DNA from: a virus
Length of the DNA stretch: 64,000 nt
Strand: one strand, 5' to 3'
Virus record (IMG/VR): IMGVR_UViG_3300042868_012858
Coordinates: 1-64,000 of that record
Below the pieces are notes generated by a model that was given only the letters and a program-made list of their open reading frames with translations, was not told where the DNA came from and did not search any database. Shown piece after piece: positions 38,799 to 47,907 of the stretch. Position 1 is the stretch's first letter. Each line of letters opens with the position of its first letter. The position numbers were made by a program, and so were the translations under genes.

Positions 38799-39716
38799 AT
38801 GGAAAATAGAATTATTGTCACAGGCGGTAATGGACTATTAGGTAGTGCTGTTAAAAATAAAATTGAAGCTTTCACTTTTAGTAGCTCAGAATATAATCTA
38901 GAAAAAGATAGTTTTTCAAAACTACTTTCTTTACCAACAAATCAATCGGTAGATACAATTATACATTGTGCGGCAAAAGTGGGAGGTGTAGGTGCAAATA
39001 TGAACGCAAACTTTGAGTTCTTCCAAAAGAATGTAAAAATTGACCAAAATGTATTAAATTCCTGCTTAGAGCATAGAATAGAAAATCTTGTAACAATATT
39101 ATCAACTTGTGTATTTCCTGATAAAGTTGAATACCCGCTTACTGCAGATAAAATTGATTTAGGTGCGCCACACTTTTCTAATTATGGATATTCTTACGCA
39201 AAAAGACTATTGTATTACCAAACTAAGATGTATAGAAATGTGGTTGGTAAAAATTGGATTTCGGTCATACCAACAAACTTATATGGAGCTAACGACAACT
39301 TCAATTTAGAAAATTCTCATCTTATTCCAGCTTTAATAAGAAAAGCTCACGAAGCATCTATAAGCGGTGAAAATTTTGTCGTTTGGGGAGATGGTTCTCC
39401 ATTGCGTCAATTTGTTTATTCGGAAGATATGGCAAAGATTATTCTTTGGGCTGTAGAAAATTGGAAATCAGAAAGTCCTTTGATGGCTGTAAATGAAAGA
39501 GAGTATTCCATCAAAGAAGTTGCTATGATTATTGCGGATAGATTTGGAATTTCTGAAAATAAAATTATATTTGATAAAACCAAGCCTAATGGTCAATTTA
39601 GGAAGCCAGCAAAGTCGGATGTGAATTGGTTCGAATTTACACCACTTGACGAAGGTATAAATAAGACAATAGATTGGTTTGTTGAAAATTATAATAAAAA
39701 TAATATAAGACTTTAA
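38799..39716 (+). CDS. fcl: GDP-L-fucose synthase / ColC-like epimerase-reductase
   Basis: TGGNGLLG, AAKVGG, LSTCVFP, YSYAKR, PTNLYG, SHLIPAL, WGDGSPLRQF. Confidence 0.88.
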   Translation: MENRIIVTGGNGLLGSAVKNKIEAFTFSSSEYNLEKDSFSKLLSLPTNQSVDTIIHCAAKVGGVGANMNANFEFFQKNVKIDQNVLNSCLEHRIENLVTILSTCVFPDKVEYPLTADKIDLGAPHFSNYGYSYAKRLLYYQTKMYRNVVGKNWISVIPTNLYGANDNFNLENSHLIPALIRKAHEASISGENFVVWGDGSPLRQFVYSEDMAKIILWAVENWKSESPLMAVNEREYSIKEVAMIIADRFGISENKIIFDKTKPNGQFRKPAKSDVNWFEFTPLDEGINKTIDWFVENYNKNNIRL

Positions 39717-39717
39717 A

Positions 39718-40776
39718 ATGAAAAAAGCGCTGATTTTTGGAATCACAGGACAAGATGGGAGTTATCTTGCTGAGTTGTTGTTGGAGAAAGGGTATGAGGT
39801 TCATGGGGTGATAAGAAGATCTTCGTCTTTTAACACTGGTAGGCTTGAACATATATTTAGTAAGTTAGTACTTCACTATGGAGACGTTACAGACCCTTTA
39901 GCTGTGACAAATATAATCTCGCAAATCAAACCTGATGAAATTTATAATTTATCAGCTCAATCTCATGTTAAAGTTTCTTTTGAGATGCCGTATTATACAG
40001 GAATGGTTGATTCATTAGGTACAATGGCTGTATTAGAAGCTATGAGAGCTCATTGCCCAACTTCAAAATTCTATCAGGCATCCACTTCTGAGTTATATGG
40101 AGGAATGGAACATAATAGACCTGAAACTGGTTATACTGAAGAGTCTCCTTTTCACCCAAGAAGCCCTTACGGTGTTGCTAAAATCTATGGATTTTGGGCT
40201 GTAAAAAACTATCGAGAAGCATATAATCTTTATGCGTGCAACGGAATTCTGTTCAATCACGAATCACCTAGAAGGGGTGGTACTTTTGTAACAAAGAAGG
40301 TTGTGGATGCGCTTGTTGAAGTTAAGTGCAATAACGGAAAGCCTCTAAAAATAGGAAATTTAGAAGCTAAAAGAGATTGGGGTTACGCAAAAGAATATGT
40401 TGAAGGTATGTGGCTTATGCTACAACAAGATAAGCCTGAAGACTTTGTGTTGGCTACAGGAGAAGTTCATGCAGTTAGAGAACTTGTTGAAGTTACCGCA
40501 ACTCATTTGGGTTATGAAATAAAATGGGAAGGTGAAGGTGTAGAAGAAAAAGGATACGATTCAAAAACAGGTAAACTTCTTGTTGAAGTAGATTCTCAAT
40601 ATTTTAGACCATCTGAAGTTGATTATTTATTGGGTGACCCTAAAAGAGCTCAAGAAATATTGGGTTGGGAACCAAAAACAAAATTTAAAGAATTGATTAA
40701 CATTATGGTAGATCACAGATTGTGCAACTACCCTTCTCATTCTGTTGATTTAATTAAAGAAGTTAGTGAAAAATAA
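39718..40776 (+). CDS. gmd: GDP-mannose 4,6-dehydratase
   Basis: GITGQDGSYLAE, AQSHVKVSF, YQASTSELYG, PRSPYGVAK, NHESPRRG. Confidence 0.96.
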   Translation: MKKALIFGITGQDGSYLAELLLEKGYEVHGVIRRSSSFNTGRLEHIFSKLVLHYGDVTDPLAVTNIISQIKPDEIYNLSAQSHVKVSFEMPYYTGMVDSLGTMAVLEAMRAHCPTSKFYQASTSELYGGMEHNRPETGYTEESPFHPRSPYGVAKIYGFWAVKNYREAYNLYACNGILFNHESPRRGGTFVTKKVVDALVEVKCNNGKPLKIGNLEAKRDWGYAKEYVEGMWLMLQQDKPEDFVLATGEVHAVRELVEVTATHLGYEIKWEGEGVEEKGYDSKTGKLLVEVDSQYFRPSEVDYLLGDPKRAQEILGWEPKTKFKELINIMVDHRLCNYPSHSVDLIKEVSEK

Positions 40777-41755
40777 AAAGGTTTTAATTACTGGAGGTTT
40801 AGGTTATATCGGAAGTCATACAATTGTTAAACTATACGAGAATGGGTATGAGCCGATTATAATTGACAACCTTTCAAATTCAAATATATCAGTACTTGAT
40901 AGTATTGAAGAGATTGTTGGTACTAAACCTTTGTTTTATGAACTAGATATTGAAAGAGATGTTGCTCAAATATGTCAAATGTTATTAAGAGAAAAGGTAG
41001 AGTATGTCATTCATTTCGCAGGATATAAATCTGTTAAAGAATCAGTCGTAAATCCTATAAAGTATTTTTCTAATAACATAAACTCTACTACGCAACTTCT
41101 ATACGCCCTTCAGATATCTGGTGTTAAAAAATTAATTTTTTCTTCTTCTGCAACAGTTTATGGGGAGGCGGATTATTTTCCAGTTACCGAAAATACTCCT
41201 AGAAAAAAGCCAACAAACCCTTATGGTGAATCTAAATATATTTGTGAAGATATAATAGAAACAACCTGTAAGTTCACTGACTTATCCGCAGTATCATTAA
41301 GATATTTTAATCCAATAGGAGCTCATCCATCTGGTAAGATATTTGAAAACCCAAAAGGCATTCCAGAAAATTTAGTACCATATATCCAAAGAGTAATAAG
41401 TGGTGAGTATGAAAAGCTTACTATTTTTGGAAATGATTACGACACAATAGACGGAACGTGTATTAGAGATTATATCGATGTAAATGATTTAGCTCAAGCT
41501 CACATAAATGCACTTAATGTTTGTGAAAATGGCTATAAGTTTTACAATATAGGATCTGGAAGTGGTTACTCTGTATTGGAATTAATAAACGAATTCAAAA
41601 AACAATCAATAGATGTTCCTTTTATTTTTGCAAGTAGAAGAAGTGGTGATGTTCCGAAAATATATGCAGATATTACCAAGGCAAAATTAGAAATGAATTG
41701 GAGTCCATCTGTGTCAATAGAAGAAACAATTAAATCTATAATAAATCTAAAATAG
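40766..41755 (+). CDS. galE: UDP-glucose 4-epimerase
   Basis: TGGLGYIGSH, FSSSATVYG, YGESK, LRYFNPIGAH, RDYI. Confidence 0.92.
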   Translation: MKNKKVLITGGLGYIGSHTIVKLYENGYEPIIIDNLSNSNISVLDSIEEIVGTKPLFYELDIERDVAQICQMLLREKVEYVIHFAGYKSVKESVVNPIKYFSNNINSTTQLLYALQISGVKKLIFSSSATVYGEADYFPVTENTPRKKPTNPYGESKYICEDIIETTCKFTDLSAVSLRYFNPIGAHPSGKIFENPKGIPENLVPYIQRVISGEYEKLTIFGNDYDTIDGTCIRDYIDVNDLAQAHINALNVCENGYKFYNIGSGSGYSVLELINEFKKQSIDVPFIFASRRSGDVPKIYADITKAKLEMNWSPSVSIEETIKSIINLK

Positions 41756-41762
41756 TTAATAT

Positions 41763-41793
41763 TTTGGATTTTTATTTTTTTTAACTAAATTTG
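41763..41793 (+). promoter_or_regulatory. Bacteroidota-type -33/-7 promoter
   Basis: TTTG(41763-41766)-N19-TAAATTTG(41786-41793), full consensus match. Confidence 0.7.
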
Positions 41794-41817
41794 GTCTCAA
41801 GAAAACAAACAACATAA

Positions 41818-43404
41818 ATGAAGTTCAAAGATTTAACTCAAGAACAGATTGAATACGCACAAAAAGTATATTCCAATAAAAGCATAAGCTGGGATGATAG
41901 AATGAAATCTCTAATGGAATTTTTTGGCAAATCTGAAAGAACAGTAAGAAAGTGGTGCTCCGAAAAATTAAAGTTCAAAGAAAAAACTGACCAAGAGCCA
42001 GAGCAGTACGTAAAAGCAAAAGAGAGAAAGCATGATAAATCTAAAAAGAGATTTATTATAACTTGGGCACAAAACAACACTCCAGTTCATAATGGATTCC
42101 TTTCCAATATAAAATCATATGCTGATTATATTGGAGCTGATTTGCATGTTATCGCTGGAAGGTATAAAAACCCAACATCTGTTTGGACTGACCAACAAGA
42201 AAAAGAAGAGTTTTGGGATGATAGCGTTGTTCCTTATTTAGATGCAAACAGACATGATATACATAAGTTTGTATCTATATTGTCTGATATAAAAATACAA
42301 CCTACTGCTGTAAATCCTATGACGGGAATGCAAGGTGTAAGCGGAATTAACTCTTGTATATTTGGTAGCCCAAAGGTGCAATTGGAAATGATTCCTGTAT
42401 TAGAGGGCTGTGCTCCCAAGATGATGGTTACTACTGGCGCTGTTACAAAGAAAAATTACACAGATTCAAAAGCTGGAAAAAAAGGTGAATTTCATCACAC
42501 GTTTGGCTTCGTAATAGTAGAAATAAAAGATGAGCAAACATTTTTTATAAGACAGGTTACTGCTGATGATAAAAATGGTAGCTTTAGTGATTTATATTAT
42601 AGAGTTGAGAACGGAGAAGTATTTGATGTAAATTCTATTTCCGCAATCGTATTGGGTGATTTACATTATGGTCACCACGATGAAGATGTTTTAGATTCTA
42701 CAATAGATTTAATGCACGAATTAACACCCGACCACGTTGTTTTACATGACGTATTTGATGGTAATTCGATAAGTCACCACGAAATGAAAGACCCGTTCAT
42801 TCAATACGGAAAAGAGATATCTGGAAAGAATGATTTAGGTAAGGAAATTGATGAAATGCTGGAGGGTCTAAATAGATTCAAAGATTTTAAAAATGTTGTT
42901 ATCGTAAGAAGTAATCACGATGATTTTTTAGACAGATGGCTTAAGAATGAAGATTGGAAAAAACAGCCTACATTTAAAAACTCTAGGTTGTATATGAAAT
43001 TCAGTGATTTACTTTTAGAACAATATGGTGAAAACCCTTATAATGTAAAAGGTGTTATTCCATCTCTTATAAATGATAGATTTCCTAAATTTATAACATT
43101 AGGCAGAAGCGCATCTTACAAAGTAAAGGGGTGGGAGCTTGGTCAACATGGAGACATAGGTTCAAATGGAAGTAGAGGGTCTCTTTTGCAATTTAGGCAA
43201 TTAAACACAAAAGTTATAGTTGGTCACTATCATAGCCCTGGAAGAAAAGACGGGGCAATAGCAGTAGGGACATCAACTAAACTTCGTGTAGGATATAATA
43301 AAGGCGCTAGTGGATGGCTTCAATCTCACGTAATAATTCACACAGATGGAAGAGCACAACACATTAACTTTATAGATGGAGAATTTACAACTTTTAAAAA
43401 ATAA
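41818..43404 (+). CDS. T5 A1-like protein (HTH plus calcineurin-like metallophosphoesterase)
   Basis: KRFIITWAQNNTPVH..FL.....A..IGADL resembles T5 A1 as recalled; GDLH, HDVFDG, SNHD, HGD, GHYHS metal motifs. Confidence 0.75.
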   Translation: MKFKDLTQEQIEYAQKVYSNKSISWDDRMKSLMEFFGKSERTVRKWCSEKLKFKEKTDQEPEQYVKAKERKHDKSKKRFIITWAQNNTPVHNGFLSNIKSYADYIGADLHVIAGRYKNPTSVWTDQQEKEEFWDDSVVPYLDANRHDIHKFVSILSDIKIQPTAVNPMTGMQGVSGINSCIFGSPKVQLEMIPVLEGCAPKMMVTTGAVTKKNYTDSKAGKKGEFHHTFGFVIVEIKDEQTFFIRQVTADDKNGSFSDLYYRVENGEVFDVNSISAIVLGDLHYGHHDEDVLDSTIDLMHELTPDHVVLHDVFDGNSISHHEMKDPFIQYGKEISGKNDLGKEIDEMLEGLNRFKDFKNVVIVRSNHDDFLDRWLKNEDWKKQPTFKNSRLYMKFSDLLLEQYGENPYNVKGVIPSLINDRFPKFITLGRSASYKVKGWELGQHGDIGSNGSRGSLLQFRQLNTKVIVGHYHSPGRKDGAIAVGTSTKLRVGYNKGASGWLQSHVIIHTDGRAQHINFIDGEFTTFKK

Positions 43405-43407
43405 AAT

Positions 43408-44166
43408 ATGAAAAAAATAGGAATTAACATAGATGGAATCATCAGAGATTCATTCAATAAATTTGACATTCAATATAGAAAAGTTTTTATTCATAACCCT
43501 TGTTTGGTTGCTATGAATGAAAATGATATGACTATGAGAGAGTTTACTAACGAAGAAATGGATGAAATCGATAGAAAAATAGAAGAAAAGGAATCTGAGA
43601 TGCTAGTTCTTCCTATGGACTCATCTGATTTCTTAAATCATTACAAGTTTGAGCAAAAAGAAATTCCAATGACTGCTGAGAAGTTTTTGGTTCACAATGG
43701 AGAAGTTTATGATGACGCCCCTCAAGAAAACATCATAATTAGCCCTGAAAAAGCGTTGCATAACTTTATGTATGAAGATTACGCACTACAAATCTTTGGT
43801 CAAACTGAAGAAATTGGAAATGCAATGGATATTGTAAATAGGATTCAGGGAGTTGGAATGGAAGAAGGTTCTTTTGAGGTTGTATTACTTACTACATGTA
43901 AAAGAAAAGCAATTCCTGCAACTTATTCTTTTTTAGCATTAAAAAACTGCAGAATCAAAAACTTGGTATTTGTAGATGAAGATTATCAAAAATGGGATCA
44001 TTGTGATATTCTAATTGATGTTATGCCTGAATCTATTCAAGCAAAACCAAAAGGAAAGGTTGCGATAAAAATAAATCAAGATTTCAATAAGTGGGATGAG
44101 GCTGATTATTCTTTTGATAACATTAAAGAAGTTTACAATAAAGAGTTCTTGGTTAGTTTATTGTAA
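43408..44166 (+). CDS. HAD-fold 5'(3')-nucleotidase-like protein
   Basis: IGINIDGIIRD (first Asp replaced by Asn), K..CDILID. Confidence 0.6.
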   Translation: MKKIGINIDGIIRDSFNKFDIQYRKVFIHNPCLVAMNENDMTMREFTNEEMDEIDRKIEEKESEMLVLPMDSSDFLNHYKFEQKEIPMTAEKFLVHNGEVYDDAPQENIIISPEKALHNFMYEDYALQIFGQTEEIGNAMDIVNRIQGVGMEEGSFEVVLLTTCKRKAIPATYSFLALKNCRIKNLVFVDEDYQKWDHCDILIDVMPESIQAKPKGKVAIKINQDFNKWDEADYSFDNIKEVYNKEFLVSLL

Positions 44167-44189
44167 ACAACGAATTGCCAATTTCTATT

Positions 44190-44220
44190 AAAGCCGATTA
44201 TTTAAATAGTCGGCTTTTTT
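44190..44220 (+). terminator. Intrinsic terminator
   Basis: aaagccgatta / tagtcggcttt followed by T-tract. Confidence 0.75.
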
Positions 44221-44296
44221 ATTTTTTTTAAAAAAACTATTTACATTTTTTTGCATACCACATATATTTAATTCGAATTAACTGAATAAAATATAT

Positions 44297-45520
44297 ATGG
44301 AAAAAGAAACAGCAACCGTAGCAGTTGATGACAAGCAAATGAGTCATAACGAAATTATAGATTCATCTATTGCAAAACTCCAAAACAACGATTTCAGAGT
44401 TTATTTTTATTGTCCTCCTGTTAATTTTGCAAGTGGTGGTATGGGTACATTACTCAGACTTGCAAAAAACCTTAAAGAAGATGGTTTTAATGTAAAGTTG
44501 GTTTACCAACCTAGATTAGACCAAAGAGCTTCTTATGAAGATTCTATGAGAGAGTCTCAAAAACAAAAGAAACAAGTTCAAATTCATGTTTTTGAAAAAT
44601 TTGAACCTACTTGGATGGATTTTGATTTAGACGGAATCGAAATAATTCCTTTGGGTGAAGGGGAAATTACATTCAATGATCAAAATAGAACTAAGGCTCA
44701 AGCTCAAGCGTTAGCTGTGCTTCCTGAAGATTTATTGATTATTCCTGAAGGTTTTCCTGATGTTATGCAAAAAACAATGCAAACAGCATGCAAGAGAATC
44801 GTTCTTGCTCAAAGCTGGTTCTATGTATTAAATGCAATGCAGCCAGGTCAAACTTGGCAACATTTCGGAATTCAGGATGTTGTTTCTGTTTCAGATGCTA
44901 TTACTGAATATTTGGGATCTATTATGCCAGGTTTAAAGGTTAAAAATGTTAAACAAGGAATCAATAGAGAACTTTTTAAAGTTCCAGAAAAAGTATCTAA
45001 AAAAGCACCAGTTATTGTTTATAGTGCAAATAGAGGACAAGAAAATAAACTAAAAACAATCAACCTAATCAAAACTTTCTATATGTTCTATCCTCACTTA
45101 AGATGGATAAGATTCGTAGAGCTTGCAGATATGTCAAGAGAGGAGTTTGCTGATAGAGTAGCATCTAGTGCTTTTGCTCTTTATACAGATGATATAGCAG
45201 GTTTTGGAACATTACCACTTGAAGCAATGGCTTGCGGTACACACGTTGTTGGTTGGGCTTCTTTTGGAGGAAAAGAGTATATGAACGAAAACAATGGTTT
45301 TTGGACAAACAACGGAGATATTTTCCAAACTGCTGAACTTTTAGGTATCGCCGTAGACAAATGGTTGAATGGTGAACTTGATAACCCTACTGTACAAGAG
45401 GCTTATGAAGAAACTTTATCTCACTACACTTTAGAAGGAGAAAGAAGTCAGTTTTTAAATGTTATTAACGAATACAAAAAAGAAAGAATCAATGAGCTTG
45501 AAGGAATCAAAACAAAGTAA
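44297..45520 (+). CDS. GT-B (GT4-like) glycosyltransferase
   Basis: SGG N-terminal loop, IIPE, GFGTLPLEAMACG. Confidence 0.8.
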   Translation: MEKETATVAVDDKQMSHNEIIDSSIAKLQNNDFRVYFYCPPVNFASGGMGTLLRLAKNLKEDGFNVKLVYQPRLDQRASYEDSMRESQKQKKQVQIHVFEKFEPTWMDFDLDGIEIIPLGEGEITFNDQNRTKAQAQALAVLPEDLLIIPEGFPDVMQKTMQTACKRIVLAQSWFYVLNAMQPGQTWQHFGIQDVVSVSDAITEYLGSIMPGLKVKNVKQGINRELFKVPEKVSKKAPVIVYSANRGQENKLKTINLIKTFYMFYPHLRWIRFVELADMSREEFADRVASSAFALYTDDIAGFGTLPLEAMACGTHVVGWASFGGKEYMNENNGFWTNNGDIFQTAELLGIAVDKWLNGELDNPTVQEAYEETLSHYTLEGERSQFLNVINEYKKERINELEGIKTK

Positions 45521-46427
45521 ATACCTGGTAGGTATTTATCTTGACCAACTAGAAAAAGATAGTAACTTAGCATCTTGTTTATATAGTCTAGCAAATCAAA
45601 CACTTCCAGTGGATGTAGTTTTATTTGCAAAAGGATTGAGTGCTGAAAATATTTCACACCTTAAACAATTAGCTGAAAAACCATTTGCTTCATATATAGA
45701 AAGAGATGAGCAAAGCCAAGTTGTAGATCGAAGAATAGACTCTGAAAGAGGCGTTAATTATACAATTATCGAAACTTCTGAGGTTATGAATTTGTCAAAA
45801 ATATTTAACACGATTTTTAACTTAGCTTTGGAAAATGGATACGAAGCCATTTCTATTGCTGAGCCAGAAGATGGATACTCTGTTAAGTGGTTTGAAACGG
45901 CTGATAGATACATGGTTGAAAATCCTGACATCGCTATCTTTACACCAATTATTAGAAATATCGTAAATGGTGCTTTCTCTGGAGTTATGAATGAATCTCC
46001 TTGGGTAGAAGGCATGTCTGAAGAGGCTGGTAAATTTGACCTTAATCTTTTGCAGAGATTTAATTGCGCAAACCCTCTTGGTGCTGTTTATAGAGTAGAA
46101 TCTATAGATGAGTATGCAGAGAAAAAAGATGACGAGTCTAAGCCAATGAAGGAAAGTATGAAACTTAGCCATTACTATGAGTTCTTTTTGAGAATGATTT
46201 ATGATGATGTTAAAATCGTGACAATTCCTAGAATCGGGTATGAAATTAAAATGGTAAACAAAGACTATTTTACAGATTCTAGTTGTAAAGTTCCTCAAAA
46301 CTTGGCTATAATCCCTGAGGACAAAGGTGGTATGAGTTCTGAAGAAGCTAGATTTTGGTTTGAGCTTGCCAAAAAGGAGTTTTTCTATGACGATGATAGA
46401 AACAAAGTCTATGAATTATCTGCCTAA
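45492..46427 (+). CDS. GT-A (GT2-like) glycosyltransferase
   Basis: CLYSLANQT, EPEDGY, YEFFLR; probable start at ATG 45492. Confidence 0.6.
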   Translation: MSLKESKQSKYLVGIYLDQLEKDSNLASCLYSLANQTLPVDVVLFAKGLSAENISHLKQLAEKPFASYIERDEQSQVVDRRIDSERGVNYTIIETSEVMNLSKIFNTIFNLALENGYEAISIAEPEDGYSVKWFETADRYMVENPDIAIFTPIIRNIVNGAFSGVMNESPWVEGMSEEAGKFDLNLLQRFNCANPLGAVYRVESIDEYAEKKDDESKPMKESMKLSHYYEFFLRMIYDDVKIVTIPRIGYEIKMVNKDYFTDSSCKVPQNLAIIPEDKGGMSSEEARFWFELAKKEFFYDDDRNKVYELSA

Positions 46428-47445
46428 TGAAAATACAGACAATAGTTTAAATCTAGATAAAAGTTTACACAACGAGGAGCGGGACATAAACAATCCCGCT
46501 TCTAGTTATGACTCTAATGGTGCAGATTTAAATAATCCCTCGGAAAATGAAAATAGCGAGGAACAAACTGTTGTATCTTCTGGTACTGATGTTGAAATTC
46601 TAGAATTAGAAAAAAAACGTAAAACATATTGGACCGAAGATACAGAAAAAGCAGTTATTGAATTTTTAAATAATGATTGTAATTACTTTCAAGTAAAATT
46701 AGAAAAATATTTTGATGAATGTAAAAAGAAAAAATTAGAGCCAGATTACGAATACATAGAACAATTACAAGAAAAATATGAGTGGGCTTGTGGGTCTGAA
46801 ATTATGTTTAAAAAAGAATTAATATATAAAAAACATATTCATAAACCACTTAATAGACTCATTGAAAATATTATATTCAATTTCAAGCTTTTTAGACCTG
46901 GTGTTGACATTAAAACAATACAATCAGATTGCCTTTCTTTTGTGTATGGAAAATTCGCAAATTTCAATCCAGATAAAAATGCAAAATCATTTTCCTTTTT
47001 TGGAACAATAGCAAAGCATTATTTGATGGGTGAAAAAAAGGATATCGATAAAAGTCAACAAGTAAATCTTGACTATGATGATCATAAAGAAGAAGCTGAT
47101 AGAAAGGATGTTGTAGAATTAGGCGAAAAGAGTGATTTGGATACGTCTTTTAGTCTTTTTTCTTTCGTGATAAATAGCTTAGAGGGTGAGATTGAGAAAA
47201 AATTAAATAACCCCGATGAAAAGAAAGGTTTGTCTGATAATGACTTAAAGGTTGCAGACGCAATAGTTCAAATTTTTAAAAGTCATGAATTATTAGGAGC
47301 CTACAATAAAAACCATGTATATCATTTAATCAAAGAGTATACAGGTCTACAAACAAAAGACATTACATATTCACTGGCGAGGTTTAGAGTTTTCTACAGA
47401 CTGCTCAAACAAGATTTCATAAAAGATAGTCAAAATGAAGATTAA
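46411..47445 (+). CDS. Phage late-transcription sigma factor (T4 gp55-like)
   Basis: YWTEDTEKAVIEF, LIENII, FNPDKNAKSFSFFGTIAKHY region-2-like block; probable start at ATG 46411. Confidence 0.72.
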   Translation: MNYLPNENTDNSLNLDKSLHNEERDINNPASSYDSNGADLNNPSENENSEEQTVVSSGTDVEILELEKKRKTYWTEDTEKAVIEFLNNDCNYFQVKLEKYFDECKKKKLEPDYEYIEQLQEKYEWACGSEIMFKKELIYKKHIHKPLNRLIENIIFNFKLFRPGVDIKTIQSDCLSFVYGKFANFNPDKNAKSFSFFGTIAKHYLMGEKKDIDKSQQVNLDYDDHKEEADRKDVVELGEKSDLDTSFSLFSFVINSLEGEIEKKLNNPDEKKGLSDNDLKVADAIVQIFKSHELLGAYNKNHVYHLIKEYTGLQTKDITYSLARFRVFYRLLKQDFIKDSQNED

Positions 47446-47447
47446 AT

Positions 47448-47478
47448 AAAAAAGCAGTTCTATTAAGGGCTGCTTTTT
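47448..47478 (+). terminator. Intrinsic terminator
   Basis: aaaaagcagttc / gggctgcttttt. Confidence 0.7.
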
Positions 47479-47498
47479 ATATTTTTTTTTGAATAAAC

Positions 47499-47506
47499 TA
47501 TTTATA
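47499..47506 (+). promoter_or_regulatory. Putative late promoter TATTTATA (representative of 19 copies)
   Basis: 12 nt upstream of ATG 47519; same motif in sense orientation before 18 other genes. Confidence 0.65.
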
Positions 47507-47518
47507 AATAAAAAAGTT

Positions 47519-47905
47519 ATGGCAAGAGAAATTAAAATGAATGAAGATTCTTATTTGATGCTTTTAAATAAGGTTCTTACAAATAAAGAAGAAGAGAGAG
47601 AATTAGCTTTAGATAGATACAGAAAGGCGGACGAAAAAATGGAAACTAATGACCACTTTGTGGTTATGGGTAAAAACGCAGTATCATATTTAAGATTAGC
47701 TTCAGACACAACAAATGATATGTTTAATGTTGCCAAAGAGATAAAAAGTGTAATCTATAAAGATGACTCACAAGCAGGATCAACATTAGCTATTAATGAC
47801 GAAACTATGAAAATGGTTATCGACCAAATTAAACAATCAGAAGATGCTGAATTTGGAAGTGATGATAAGAGTCAACTTTTGGATGATGATATAGAAGATT
47901 TATAA
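47519..47905 (+). CDS. Hypothetical protein
   Basis: Start moved to ATG 47519, downstream of the late motif. Confidence 0.55.
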   Translation: MAREIKMNEDSYLMLLNKVLTNKEEERELALDRYRKADEKMETNDHFVVMGKNAVSYLRLASDTTNDMFNVAKEIKSVIYKDDSQAGSTLAINDETMKMVIDQIKQSEDAEFGSDDKSQLLDDDIEDL

Positions 47906-47907
47906 AA

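Noticed and set aside
24897-41755. Host O-antigen/capsule locus mis-assembled into the phage
   Set aside because: It contains a paralogue of the phage neck protein, lacks wzx/wzy/initiating transferase and matches the flanks in composition; read-level confirmation is still advisable.
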